Positions 10,027 through 19,768 of a stretch of 64,000 bases of DNA are shown here, one piece after another. A program made the translations under genes and the position numbers. Source of the DNA: Gemmatimonadota bacterium. Lineage in GTDB: Bacteria; Gemmatimonadota; Gemmatimonadetes; Gemmatimonadales; Gemmatimonadaceae. Position 1 is the stretch's first letter. Each line of letters opens with the position of its first letter. The DNA lies in assembly GCA_016871915.1 (NCBI GenBank), contig VHBP01000003.1, forward strand, positions 11,905 to 75,904. The letters are read 5' to 3'. Below the pieces are notes generated by a model. The model made no database searches, was not told the origin of the DNA, and saw nothing but the letters and a program-made list of their open reading frames with translations.

Positions 10027-10647
10027 GTGGACACCCTCGCCCTCCGCCTCGCCGCCGCCGGTGGCCGCATCGACGATCTCCCTGCCTCGCAGCTCGTCGC
10101 GGCGGGGTTCACCCTGCTCCAGCGGAGCGCCCCGCTCGTGCGGATGCTCGCAGGGCGGCGGAGCGCGCTCCTCTTGCCGCCGGGGCCTGCAGCGGTGGTG
10201 GCGCTCACGGCGAGCGATGGGCGTGGGGCCGTGGTGCTGCCGTTGGACAGGTCGCCGGAGGAGCTCGCTGCCGATTGCGCAGCCTCGGATGTCGGGGCGG
10301 TCTTCACCCTCGCATCGCATCGTGATCAGGTGCCGGCATCGCTCGGCGTGGTGCTCCTCGACGCGATCCCGCGGACGGCGATGGTCCGCACGCCCGAAGG
10401 TCGTGAGCAGATGGTCGACCTCGGCTCGCACGTGGGGCTGACGGTCGAGGGGGAGACCGATCTCCCTGGGCGGGACGAGGAGGCGCTGCTTCTTCCGAGC
10501 GCACCGACGATCATGCTGACGCACCGAGCACTCCTCGACCTCGATGACCGGGAAATGGAGATCGATCCCGCGCGTGGTGACGCCGCGATCGTGACGGCGC
10601 TCCTGATCCCTCTGCTGGCGGGGCGCACGCTCCACGTGGCATCGTAA
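10027..10647 (+). CDS. Short, degenerate AMP-binding (ANL superfamily) N-terminal-domain-like protein
   Basis: Resembles the N-terminal part of acyl-CoA synthetases (ALLLPPG...GAVVLPL...IMLTHRAL) but has no intact SGT/TG-PKG loop. Confidence 0.5.
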   Translation: MDTLALRLAAAGGRIDDLPASQLVAAGFTLLQRSAPLVRMLAGRRSALLLPPGPAAVVALTASDGRGAVVLPLDRSPEELAADCAASDVGAVFTLASHRDQVPASLGVVLLDAIPRTAMVRTPEGREQMVDLGSHVGLTVEGETDLPGRDEEALLLPSAPTIMLTHRALLDLDDREMEIDPARGDAAIVTALLIPLLAGRTLHVAS

Positions 10648-10721
10648 GCCGCAAGCGCCGCCTCGCGCTCCCTTGCGGGCTCCTCACCCTCGCGCTCTTC
10701 GAGGCCGCCGCCGCCTGGTTC

Positions 10722-11798
10722 GTGATGCCCCTCCCGGGCTCACAGCGCGTCCGGAGCGTCGAGATCGCCTACACGCTGCACTCGCTGCGCTGGCCGATCC
10801 GCGCGCTCTGCCTCGTGATGGTGGCGTGGGGGATCCCAGCGTCTCCGCGCACGGGGTGGCGCCGATGGGCCTCGGCGGTTCTCGCCTTGGCGACCGGCGG
10901 GATCACCTACGCGACCAACTTCGTCATGGCGGCGGACCGGATCTTCCAGCAGCCCGAAAGCGTCACGATGGTCGCCGCGAGCGCCACCGAGGTAGCCCCG
11001 GATCGCATCGTGGTCGGTGTCGTGGTGAACGGCGAGGCGCGCGCCTATCCCCTGCAGTTCATCGGCTACCATCACTTCATGACCGACACGATCGCGGGCC
11101 GCCCGGTCCTCGTCACCTACTGCACCGTCTGCCGCACCGGGCGGGTCTTCGATCCGGTGTTCGACGGCGCCGTGGAGCGGTTCCGCCTCGTGGGGATGGA
11201 CGAATTCAATGCGATGCTCGAGGACCAGACCACCGGAAGTTGGTGGCGCCAGGCGAATGGCGAGGCGCTCGTCGGACCACGCCGTGGGACGGTACTCCCC
11301 GAGATCCCGAGCGTGCAGGTGACGCTCCGTCAATGGATCGCGCTCCACCCCGACACGCGGGTGATGCGCGGCGATCCACGGTTCACCGCGGAGTACGACA
11401 AGGACTACGCCTTCGAGCGTGGGACGAGCCGCCGCACACTCACGGGGACCGACCCCCGCTCATGGGAACGGAAGTCGTGGGTGGTCGGGGTGAGCCTCGG
11501 CGGGGCCGATCGCGCCTACGACTGGAATGCGCTGCTCGCAGCGGGGGCGATCAACGACACCCTCGCGGGGCGCCCGATCGTCCTCGTGGTCGCCGCGGAC
11601 AGCGCGAGCTTCTTCGCCTTCGAGCGCCCAACGGTCGAGGCGCGCTTCCTCCGCGACGGGGATTCCCTTCGGTCGGGGCCACTGGCCTTCGGGTTCAGCG
11701 GGCGTGGCCCCGTCGGTGCCCTCCGGCCGATCAGCGCGAGCCAGGAGTTCTGGCACAGCTGGCAGAGCTTCCATCCCCGGACGACGCGCTTCCCCTGA
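10722..11798 (+). CDS. DUF3179 family protein with N-terminal membrane segments (true start probably about 10644, see findings)
   Basis: GEARAYPL, VTYCTVCRTG (CxxC), DQTTGSWWRQANGEAL, FWHSWQSFHP. Confidence 0.8.
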   Translation: MMPLPGSQRVRSVEIAYTLHSLRWPIRALCLVMVAWGIPASPRTGWRRWASAVLALATGGITYATNFVMAADRIFQQPESVTMVAASATEVAPDRIVVGVVVNGEARAYPLQFIGYHHFMTDTIAGRPVLVTYCTVCRTGRVFDPVFDGAVERFRLVGMDEFNAMLEDQTTGSWWRQANGEALVGPRRGTVLPEIPSVQVTLRQWIALHPDTRVMRGDPRFTAEYDKDYAFERGTSRRTLTGTDPRSWERKSWVVGVSLGGADRAYDWNALLAAGAINDTLAGRPIVLVVAADSASFFAFERPTVEARFLRDGDSLRSGPLAFGFSGRGPVGALRPISASQEFWHSWQSFHPRTTRFP

Positions 11799-11837
11799 CC
11801 CTCGCCCGCGATCGGGGCGGTCCGGTACCTTTCCGAC

Positions 11838-13007
11838 ATGACCCAGATTCTCCCAGACGACGTCGGCCGCGGCTTCTCCACGCGCGCCATCCATGCGGGG
11901 CAGCGCCCCGACCCCACGACGGGCACCATCATGCCCCCGATCCATCAGACCTCGACCTACGCGCAGGAAGCGCTCGGGGTCCACAAGGGGTATGAGTACG
12001 CGCGGAGCAAGAACCCCACACGAGAGGCCCTCGAGCGGAATGTGGCCAATCTCGAGGGCGCGAAGCACGGCTTCGCCTTCTCGTCAGGGATGGGGTGCTT
12101 CGACACCCTGATGAAGCTCTTCCGCGCCGGCGATCACCTCGTGATCGGGTCGAACGTCTATGGCGGGACCTTCCGTCTGGTCGACAAGATCATCCAGCAC
12201 TACGGGATCGCGATCTCCTGGGTCGACACGCGCGATCCGCAGCGAATCGAAGATGCGATCCGCCCGAACACCAAGGGGCTCATCCTCGAGACGCCGACGA
12301 ACCCGTTGATGCACCTCACCGATCTCGCGGCGGCGAGCGCTATCGCGAAGAAGGCCGGCGCCCTCACGATCGTCGACAACACCTTCGCCTCCCCCTTCTT
12401 CCAGAACCCGCTCGCCTTGGGCGCCGACCTCGCCTGGCACTCGAGCACGAAGTACCTGAACGGGCACTCCGATCTCTTGGGCGGCGTGGCGGTGATGAAC
12501 GACGATGCGCTCGCGGCGCGGGTGCAGTTTGCGCAGAACTCCGGTGGCGCGGTCCCCGGCCCGATGGATGCCTGGCTCACTCTCCGCGGGACCAAGACGC
12601 TCGCGCTGCGCATGCGCGCCCACGACGCGAATGGTCGCGCGGTCTCGCAGTGGCTCGCCGATCGCGTCGGCGCGGAGCGGGTCTTCTACCCCGGGCTCGC
12701 GTCGCACCCGCAGCACGAGCTCGCGAAGCGGCAGATGCGCGGCTTCGGCGGGATGGTCTCCTGTGAGACCGGCTCACGGGAGAACGCCGACATGATCGTC
12801 CGTCGCTTCCGGCTCTTCACCCTCGCCGAGTCGCTGGGTGGCGTGGAGTCACTCGTCTGCCAGCCGGCAGGGATGACACATGCCTCGATCGAGCCAGCGC
12901 GTCGCCTCGAGATCGGGATCACCGATGGGCTGCTCCGCTTCTCCGTCGGGGTGGAGGACATCGAGGATCTCCTCGAGGACCTCGAGCAGGCCTTTAAGGG
13001 AATCTGA
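11838..13007 (+). CDS. Cystathionine gamma-lyase/synthase (Cys/Met metabolism PLP enzyme)
   Basis: YARSKNPT, ETPTNP, DNTF, HSSTKYLNGHSD (PLP Lys), AESLGGVESL. Confidence 0.93.
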   Translation: MTQILPDDVGRGFSTRAIHAGQRPDPTTGTIMPPIHQTSTYAQEALGVHKGYEYARSKNPTREALERNVANLEGAKHGFAFSSGMGCFDTLMKLFRAGDHLVIGSNVYGGTFRLVDKIIQHYGIAISWVDTRDPQRIEDAIRPNTKGLILETPTNPLMHLTDLAAASAIAKKAGALTIVDNTFASPFFQNPLALGADLAWHSSTKYLNGHSDLLGGVAVMNDDALAARVQFAQNSGGAVPGPMDAWLTLRGTKTLALRMRAHDANGRAVSQWLADRVGAERVFYPGLASHPQHELAKRQMRGFGGMVSCETGSRENADMIVRRFRLFTLAESLGGVESLVCQPAGMTHASIEPARRLEIGITDGLLRFSVGVEDIEDLLEDLEQAFKGI

Positions 13008-13016
13008 GTCGTCCCG

Positions 13017-14291
13017 ATGAAGATCCTCCTCATCGGGAGTGGGGGGCGCGAGCATGCGCTCGCCTGGAAGCTCACGCGAGACGACCCCACCTGTGAGGTG
13101 ATCGCGGCCCCCGGCAATGCGGGGATCGCGAATGTCGCGCGATGCGTGCCGGTGCGTGTGACCGATCTCGACGGCCTGGTCGCGCTCGCGAAGGCCGAGG
13201 GGGTCGCCTTCACCGTGGTCGGTCCCGAGGCGCCACTCGAGGCGGGGATCGTCGATCGCTTCCGTGTGGAGGGACTCCCGATCTTCGGCCCCACGGCGGC
13301 CGCAGCGCGAATCGAGACCTCCAAGCATTTCGCGAAATCGCTGATGCTGAAGGCAGGGATCCCCACCGCGCGAGCGGAGACCTTCACCGAGGCGGCGGCG
13401 GCGAAGGCGGCGGTACGCGCGCACAACCTCCCGGTGGTGATCAAGGCCTCAGGGATCGCGGCGGGTAAGGGGGTGGTAATCGCGCAGTCCGTAGAAGAGG
13501 CCGATGCTGCGATCGAGATGATGCTCGTGGAGCAGGCGTTCGGTGCGGCGGGGGCCGAGGTGTTGGTCGAGGAGTTCATGACGGGGGAGGAACTCTCCCT
13601 CTTCGCGCTCACCGATGGATCGCATCTCCTGCCCTTCATCGCCGCGCAGGACCATAAGCGAATCGGCGAGGGGGATACGGGCCCCAACACCGGCGGGATG
13701 GGGGCGTACGCCCCGGTCGCGCTCGCGACGCCGGCGCTGATGGAGGAGGTGACGACGCGGATCCTCCAGCCGACGCTCGCGGCGATGCGCGAGGCGGGGT
13801 GCCCCTTCACCGGGCTTCTGTACGCAGGATTGATGCTCACCCCCGAAGGGCCGAAGGTCGTCGAGTTCAATTGCCGGTTCGGCGATCCGGAGACGCAGGC
13901 CTTGCTCCCGCTCATGGCATCGAGTCTGCTCACCCCGATGCGCGCGATCGCACGCGGGGAGTCGATCGCGGGGTTCCTCCCGCTGGCATGGCATGACGGG
14001 GCGTCGGTGACGACGGTGGTCGCGGCTGCGGGGTATCCGGGCTCGGTGCGGAGTGGGGATCCGATCCAGCTGCCAGCTGATTCCGAGAGGTGCTGGACCT
14101 TCCATGCCGGCACGGGGCGCGACGCGCATGGGACGCTCGTCACGAGCGGCGGGCGCGTGGTCGCGGTGACGGCGATCGCATCGACGATCGCCGAGGCGCA
14201 ACGGGTGAGTGCGACGGATGCGGCGGCGGTGCGGTTCGAGGGAGCGCAGTTCCGTCGGGATATCGGTTGGCGCGAACTCGCGCGCGCGTAA
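13017..14291 (+). CDS. purD: Phosphoribosylamine--glycine ligase
   Basis: GSGGREHAL, VVGPE, QDHKR, GPNTGGMGAY, EFNCRFGDPE. Confidence 0.97.
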   Translation: MKILLIGSGGREHALAWKLTRDDPTCEVIAAPGNAGIANVARCVPVRVTDLDGLVALAKAEGVAFTVVGPEAPLEAGIVDRFRVEGLPIFGPTAAAARIETSKHFAKSLMLKAGIPTARAETFTEAAAAKAAVRAHNLPVVIKASGIAAGKGVVIAQSVEEADAAIEMMLVEQAFGAAGAEVLVEEFMTGEELSLFALTDGSHLLPFIAAQDHKRIGEGDTGPNTGGMGAYAPVALATPALMEEVTTRILQPTLAAMREAGCPFTGLLYAGLMLTPEGPKVVEFNCRFGDPETQALLPLMASSLLTPMRAIARGESIAGFLPLAWHDGASVTTVVAAAGYPGSVRSGDPIQLPADSERCWTFHAGTGRDAHGTLVTSGGRVVAVTAIASTIAEAQRVSATDAAAVRFEGAQFRRDIGWRELARA

Positions 14292-14300
14292 CGACGCGGC

Positions 14301-15152
14301 GTGCCGGAGCTCCCCGAGACCGAGACGATCGCGCGGGATCTTGACGCCGCGCTCCGAGGAGCGGTGATCGAAGCGGTAAGCATCGTGCGCGACGATGTGC
14401 TGCGTGAGGCGAGCGCCGCGATGTTCGTTCGAGCGGTGCGTGGCGCGCGCATCACGCGTGTCAGCCGACGCGCGAAGAGCATCGTGCTACGCCTTGAGCG
14501 CGGCGTGTCACAAGGTAGCACAGACCGCGTACCCGACCTGCATCACCTCGTCGTGACCCCACGCTTCACCGGCGCGCTCCTCCTCACCGAGCCTACCGAC
14601 GAACGCTACACCTGCCTGCGCCTCACCCTCGCCGACGGTCGCACCCTCCGCTACCACGACATCCGCCGGCTCGGCACGATCGCGCTCCACGACGCGGCGC
14701 GGCACACGGCATGGGATGCGACACTCGGCCCCGAACCCCTCGACCCCGCGCTCGACGCGGACGCGATCTGGAACGCGATGCGCTCCTCGCGCCAGGCGAT
14801 CAAGACCCTCCTGATGGATCAACGGAAGCTCGCCGGCGTGGGGAACATCTACGCCAACGAGGCGCTCTGGCGCGCGCGGATCCGTCCGACTCGCGCTGGG
14901 AAGTCCCTGCGACGCCTCGAGGCGAGTGCTCTGCTCGAGTCGCTGCGCGCCGTCCTCACCGAATCGATCGCGCTCCGTGGGACGACCTTCCGCGATTTCC
15001 AGGATGCGTACGGCTCGCGAGGGGGATTCGCCGCGAAGCTCGCGGTCTACGGCCGCGCCGGTCTCCCCTGCAATGCCTGCGGTACCCCGTTTCGCACCAC
15101 GCACCGCCTCGCCGGACGCCAGACCGTCTGGTGCCCCACCTGTCAGCGCTGA
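14301..15152 (+). CDS. mutM: Formamidopyrimidine-DNA glycosylase
   Basis: N-terminal PELPE, LMDQRKLAGVGNIYANE (H2TH), C-terminal CxxC...CxxC zinc finger. Confidence 0.95.
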   Translation: MPELPETETIARDLDAALRGAVIEAVSIVRDDVLREASAAMFVRAVRGARITRVSRRAKSIVLRLERGVSQGSTDRVPDLHHLVVTPRFTGALLLTEPTDERYTCLRLTLADGRTLRYHDIRRLGTIALHDAARHTAWDATLGPEPLDPALDADAIWNAMRSSRQAIKTLLMDQRKLAGVGNIYANEALWRARIRPTRAGKSLRRLEASALLESLRAVLTESIALRGTTFRDFQDAYGSRGGFAAKLAVYGRAGLPCNACGTPFRTTHRLAGRQTVWCPTCQR

Positions 15153-15153
15153 G

Positions 15154-16278
15154 ATGCCCGCCCGCCGCCGCCCCCGCCGTCGCCGTGCCGTCGCCCCGAC
15201 CCCCGCCGAGCTCGCGCGAATCGAGGCGATGCGCGCGCTCGTGAAAGCCGAGGCGCGCGACGAACCCGGTGTCTATCGGATGAGCTCCCCAGAGGGCGAG
15301 GTCATCTATGTGGGGAAGTCGAAGGCGCTCCGCACCCGACTCCTGAGCTACTTCCGCGCAGAATACCCGAAAGACAAAGGGGCGCGCATCCTGCGACAGG
15401 CCGCGACGCTGGTCTGGGATCCTCTGCCGAGCGAGTTCGCCGCTCTCCTACGCGAGATGCAACTCATCAAGCAGCTCCGCCCGCGCTACAACGTCGCGAT
15501 GAAGCGGGAGGCGCGCGCCTACGGCTTCGTGCGGCTCTCGCAGGGCCCCGCGCCACGCCTGCAGGTGGTGCGCTCTGCCGGCATGGACGAAACGGCGACC
15601 TATTATGGTCCATTCCGCGGGGCACACCAACTGGACGAAGCCGTCCGCGCCCTCAACGATGTTCTCGGACTCCGCGACTGCGCGCTGAGCACCCCGATGC
15701 ACTTCCCCGACCGCCCCGACCTCGGCCCCGCCCGCACGCGCACCCCGGGGTGCATCCGACATGAGATCGGCAAATGCCTCGGCCCCTGCATCGGGGCGGT
15801 GGTGGAGCCGGGGTATCTCGAGCAGGTACGCACGGCGCTCGCCTTCCTCGAGGGGGAGACGGAGACTCCGCTCGATCCCCTTCGCCATGAGATGACCCGC
15901 GCGAGTGAGGCGCTCGACTACGAGCGCGCCGGAGTCTGGCGCGACAAGGTCCGGAGTCTGGAAGCGCTCCGCGAGCAGTTCGCGCGGATCCGATTCGCCC
16001 TCGAATCGCTGAGCTTCACCTATCGCATCCCCAGTGAGACCTCGGAGACCGATCGTACCTACGTGATCCGTCGCGGCCGCGTCCGGCACGAGTGCCCCAC
16101 CCCACGCACGGCCAAGGAACGCGCGGCGCTCGCCGAACGCATCACAGAGATCATGGCCCCCATCGAGCGCGAGACGACGACGGTGCCGGGACGGGAGGTG
16201 GATGAGGTGCTCCTGGTCGCCGCTTGGTTCCGGAAGTTCCCCAAGGAACTGAAGCGGACCAAACCGCTCACACCCTGA
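15154..16278 (+). CDS. UvrC/Cho-like GIY-YIG nuclease with a UVR domain and no C-terminal RNase H/HhH part
   Basis: PGVYRM...IYVGKSKALRTRLLSYF, Cys cluster C...CIRHEIGKCLGPC, MTRASEALDYERAGVWRD (UVR); 374 aa. Confidence 0.85.
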   Translation: MPARRRPRRRRAVAPTPAELARIEAMRALVKAEARDEPGVYRMSSPEGEVIYVGKSKALRTRLLSYFRAEYPKDKGARILRQAATLVWDPLPSEFAALLREMQLIKQLRPRYNVAMKREARAYGFVRLSQGPAPRLQVVRSAGMDETATYYGPFRGAHQLDEAVRALNDVLGLRDCALSTPMHFPDRPDLGPARTRTPGCIRHEIGKCLGPCIGAVVEPGYLEQVRTALAFLEGETETPLDPLRHEMTRASEALDYERAGVWRDKVRSLEALREQFARIRFALESLSFTYRIPSETSETDRTYVIRRGRVRHECPTPRTAKERAALAERITEIMAPIERETTTVPGREVDEVLLVAAWFRKFPKELKRTKPLTP

Positions 16279-16744
16279 GCGCGATCAACTCGGCTTCGGC
16301 GTGCGTACCGTCGATGGTCAGCACCGCCACACTCGGCAGCAGATCGAAGCGCCGCGGTCCCGCCGCACCGGGATTGATGATCAGGCGCCCATCGATCCGG
16401 TCGATGCTCTGTTTGTGCGTATGCCCGAAGACGCAGACCTGCGCCGCATAGCTCGCGGCAACCTGCGCGGGCTTGGGGCGGCCGAGTTCATGGCCATGCT
16501 GCACATGGATGGTCACGTCACCGATGGTGAGCTCGAGCGCCTCACAGAGGCGGCGATCCTCGGGATGATCACAGTTGCCGAAGACCGCCTCGACCGGGGC
16601 GATCAGCGCGAGCTCATCGAGGATCTCATCACCACAGACGTCACCCGCGTGCAGGATCCGATCGACCCCCGCGAAGGCGGTGTGCACATCGGGGCGGAGG
16701 AGGCCGTGCGTGTCAGAGATCAGTCCGATGCGGACGATCCCCAC
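16268..16744 (-). CDS. Metallophosphoesterase (YfcE/MJ0936-like)
   Basis: ISDTHG, HAGD, VFGNCD, QHGH, FGHTH, INPG. Confidence 0.9.
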   Translation of the reverse strand: MGIVRIGLISDTHGLLRPDVHTAFAGVDRILHAGDVCGDEILDELALIAPVEAVFGNCDHPEDRRLCEALELTIGDVTIHVQHGHELGRPKPAQVAASYAAQVCVFGHTHKQSIDRIDGRLIINPGAAGPRRFDLLPSVAVLTIDGTHAEAELIALRV

Positions 16745-16749
16745 CGCGG

Positions 16750-17358
16750 TTACGACTCCCCCCAGCGGGGGGCGAGGGTGTTCGGGACGCCGAGATGATC
16801 CAGGGCGCGCGCGACGACGAAGTCGACCATCTCCTGGATGGTGGTAGGGCGATGATAGAACCCCGGCGCGGCCGGCATCACGGTAGCACCCGCGAGGGTC
16901 ACCTGCCGCATGTTCTCGAGATGGATGAGCGAGAGTGGGGTCTCGCGCGTCACCAGCAACAACGGGCGTCGCTCCTTGAGCGCCACATCGGCGGCGCGCT
17001 CCACGAGCGAGCGTGAGGTCCCGGCCGCGATGCTCGCGACGGTGCCCATCGAGCAGGGGCAGATCACCATCCCCCCGGCGAGCGCAGAACCCGAGGCCGG
17101 CGTCGCGCCACGATTCTGATCGTCGAAGACGGTGACGAGCTGATCGAATCGCGCCGCACCGACCGCCTCACGCAGCCCCGCGAGATCCCCGACCTCGCTC
17201 TCGGTACGGAGGAGCCGGAACCCGTGCGACGAGACGATCAGCTGCACGCGGCGACCGGCTACGAGCAGCTGCTCGAGCAGCCGGATCCCGTACGGCGCAC
17301 CGGACGCGCCGGTGATCGCCATGACGATCGGGGCCTGCGGATCGGCGAGGCGAGTCAT
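16750..17358 (-). CDS. ubiX: Flavin prenyltransferase UbiX (MqnM-like)
   Basis: ITGASGAPYG, ASGS, PCSMGT, RAADVALKERR, RETPL. Confidence 0.95.
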   Translation of the reverse strand: MTRLADPQAPIVMAITGASGAPYGIRLLEQLLVAGRRVQLIVSSHGFRLLRTESEVGDLAGLREAVGAARFDQLVTVFDDQNRGATPASGSALAGGMVICPCSMGTVASIAAGTSRSLVERAADVALKERRPLLLVTRETPLSLIHLENMRQVTLAGATVMPAAPGFYHRPTTIQEMVDFVVARALDHLGVPNTLAPRWGES

Positions 17359-18284
17359 GCGAGCCACCGGTCGATGAGGACCGACGCGAGAAAGGCCATC
17401 GAGATCACCCCATTCATCGTGAAGAAGGCGGCGTCGAGTTTGGAGAGGTCATCGGACGAGACGAGCGAGTGCTCATACGCTAGGAGTGCAGCGACGACCG
17501 CGACCCCGACCCAGGCTGCCACCCCGAGGCCCGTCACCCAGACGGTGAGGGCGAGCGCGCTCACCGTCACGCCATGCAACGCACGCGAGACGACGATCGC
17601 ACGCGGGACCCCGAGTGCCGCTGGAATCGAGTGCAATCCCTGCGATCGATCGAAAGCGATGTCGGGGAGCGCGTAGAGGATGTCGAACCCCGCCGACCAG
17701 CTCATCACCCCGACGGTCAACGCGATCAGCATCCACCAGGGCTCGCTCCACGCCCCCGTCACGGCGAGATATCCCCCGACCGGCGCGATCGCGAGCCCGA
17801 GTCCGAGCACCAGATGCGCAAAACGCGTGAAGCGCTTGGTGAACGAGTAGAAGGAGACCCACCCGAGCGCGATGGGGGAGAGCGCGAGACAAAGCGGATT
17901 GAGCATCGCCGCCGCGAGGAAGAAGAGCGCTGCCGCGACGACCACCGTCCCCCACGCCGCGCCGACCCCGATCGCCCCACGCGGGATCTCTCGCATCGCG
18001 GTGCGCGGATTGCGCGCATCGTACTCGCGATCGACGATCCGGTTCACCGCCATCGCCACCCAGCGCGCCGCCGTGAAGGCGAGCACCACCCACCCGACCA
18101 TCGCGACGGAGAGCGGCGCGCGCATCCCTGCCCCCTCCCCCACCGGGAGGCGGCTCGCGAGCACCACCCCGACCAACGCAAACGGCAGCGCGAACACCGT
18201 ATGCGGCAGCTTCACGAAGCTCGCCCACCGGCTCCACGCCGACGTGCCCTCGAAGGTCTGCCCCTCGCGCGCCGGCGCCGTCAT
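17355..18284 (-). CDS. UbiA-family prenyltransferase (MqnP-like)
   Basis: KLPHTVFALPF, NRIVDREYDARNPRT, YSFTKRF, GFDILYALPD. Confidence 0.9.
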   Translation of the reverse strand: MTAPAREGQTFEGTSAWSRWASFVKLPHTVFALPFALVGVVLASRLPVGEGAGMRAPLSVAMVGWVVLAFTAARWVAMAVNRIVDREYDARNPRTAMREIPRGAIGVGAAWGTVVVAAALFFLAAAMLNPLCLALSPIALGWVSFYSFTKRFTRFAHLVLGLGLAIAPVGGYLAVTGAWSEPWWMLIALTVGVMSWSAGFDILYALPDIAFDRSQGLHSIPAALGVPRAIVVSRALHGVTVSALALTVWVTGLGVAAWVGVAVVAALLAYEHSLVSSDDLSKLDAAFFTMNGVISMAFLASVLIDRWLA

Positions 18285-19768
18285 CCGCGGTCGATCCCCA
18301 ACTGGGACCAGATCGCGTCCACACGCGCCTTGGTGTCAGGATCCATCTCGATCACCGTCGGCCAATCACGGGTGAACCCCTCCTCAGGCCACTTCTTGGT
18401 GGCGTCGATCCCCATCTTCGAACCGTAGGTGAACGCGCGACTCGAATGATCGAGCACATCGACCGGTCCCATGGTGAAGCGGGTGTCGCGCTCAGGATCG
18501 ATGTTGTTGAGTGCCACCCACCACGCCTCCTGCGGGTTGCGCACATCGACCCAGTCATCGACCACGACCAGCACCTTGGCGAGCGACATCAGCCCCGCCC
18601 CCCAGAGCGCGTTCATCACCTTCCACGCCTGCCCTGGGTAGTGCTTCTTGATGCTCACGAAGACGAGGTTGTGGAACACCCCCTCCGCCGGCATGTGATA
18701 GTCGACGATCTCCGGCGTCGTGAGCTTCAGCAACGGCAGGAAGATTCGCTCCGTCGCATGCCCAAGATAGAAGTCCTCCATCGGCGGGCGCCCGACGATC
18801 GTCGCAGAATAGACGGCGTTCCGCCGCATCGTCACCGCGGTGACATGCACGCGCGGATAGCGATCGGCCTCCGAGTAGTACCCGGTGTGGTCACCGAACG
18901 GCCCTTCGACGACAAGCTCCTCCGCCGGATCGATGTACCCCTCGATCACGATCTCCGACTCCGCCGGCACTTCGAGATCACAGGTGATCGCCTTGGTGAG
19001 CTTGACCGGGCTCCGCCGCAGGAAGCCGGCGAAGATGAATTCGTCGACATTCGGCGGGAGCGGCGCGCTCGCGGAATACATCGACGCCGGATCGGCGCCG
19101 ATCACGATGCAGACCGGCATCTTTTCGCCACGCTCCGCCATCTCGCGCCAGTGCGCCGCCCCCGTCTTATGCCGCTGCCAGTGCATCGCCACATGCTGCT
19201 TGCCCATCTGCTGCACGCGATACATCCCCACATTGCGGATCCCACGCTGTGGATCCTTGGAGACGACCGCCGTCATCGTGATGAACGGCCCGCCGTCCTC
19301 TGGCCAGGTGGTGAGCACCGGGATCTTGTCGAGATCGATCTCATCCCCCTGCCAGACGACCTCCTGGCAGGCCGGGGTCCCCGAGGCCATCCGCGGCGGG
19401 AACTTCGCCACCTCGAGCAACCGCGGGAGCAACTGCAGCTTGCCCAAGAATCCCTCGGGCACCTTGAGGTCGAGGAGCTTCGTGATCCGATCCCCATGCT
19501 CGTCGAGCTGCTGTACGCCGAGTGACATCGCCATGCGCGACATCGAGCCGAAGAGGTTGATCGCGACGGGATACGCCGAGATCGACCCATCACGCAACAC
19601 CGGCTTCTCGAAGAGGAGCGCGGGGCCACCGCCTGGCATCTTCATCACCCGGTCGGCGATCTCGCACATCTCGAGATGCACCTTCACCGGGTGCGTGATG
19701 CGGCGGAGCTCCCCCGCCTGCTCGATGGCGGTGATGAATTCGCCGAGGGTGTCCAACGTCTGGGTCAT
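18281..19768 (-). CDS. UbiD-family decarboxylase (menaquinone biosynthesis, MqnL-like)
   Basis: TWPEDGGPFIT, RNVGMYR, EIVIEG, EGPFGDHTGYY, GSKMGIDAT. Confidence 0.93.
   Translation of the reverse strand: MTQTLDTLGEFITAIEQAGELRRITHPVKVHLEMCEIADRVMKMPGGGPALLFEKPVLRDGSISAYPVAINLFGSMSRMAMSLGVQQLDEHGDRITKLLDLKVPEGFLGKLQLLPRLLEVAKFPPRMASGTPACQEVVWQGDEIDLDKIPVLTTWPEDGGPFITMTAVVSKDPQRGIRNVGMYRVQQMGKQHVAMHWQRHKTGAAHWREMAERGEKMPVCIVIGADPASMYSASAPLPPNVDEFIFAGFLRRSPVKLTKAITCDLEVPAESEIVIEGYIDPAEELVVEGPFGDHTGYYSEADRYPRVHVTAVTMRRNAVYSATIVGRPPMEDFYLGHATERIFLPLLKLTTPEIVDYHMPAEGVFHNLVFVSIKKHYPGQAWKVMNALWGAGLMSLAKVLVVVDDWVDVRNPQEAWWVALNNIDPERDTRFTMGPVDVLDHSSRAFTYGSKMGIDATKKWPEEGFTRDWPTVIEMDPDTKARVDAIWSQLGIDRG

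Noticed and set aside
7244-10441. 1065-aa plus-strand ORF (also 329-1990, 12686-14521, 38714-40735, 52018-53856 and many shorter ones)
   Set aside because: These lie antisense to well-supported genes, have Arg/Gly/Pro/His-rich composition and show no motifs. They are the shadow ORFs expected at about 70% GC.
11100-11140. Possible selenoprotein form of DUF3179
   Set aside because: The redox motif is CTVC with ordinary TGC codons and there is no in-frame TGA.
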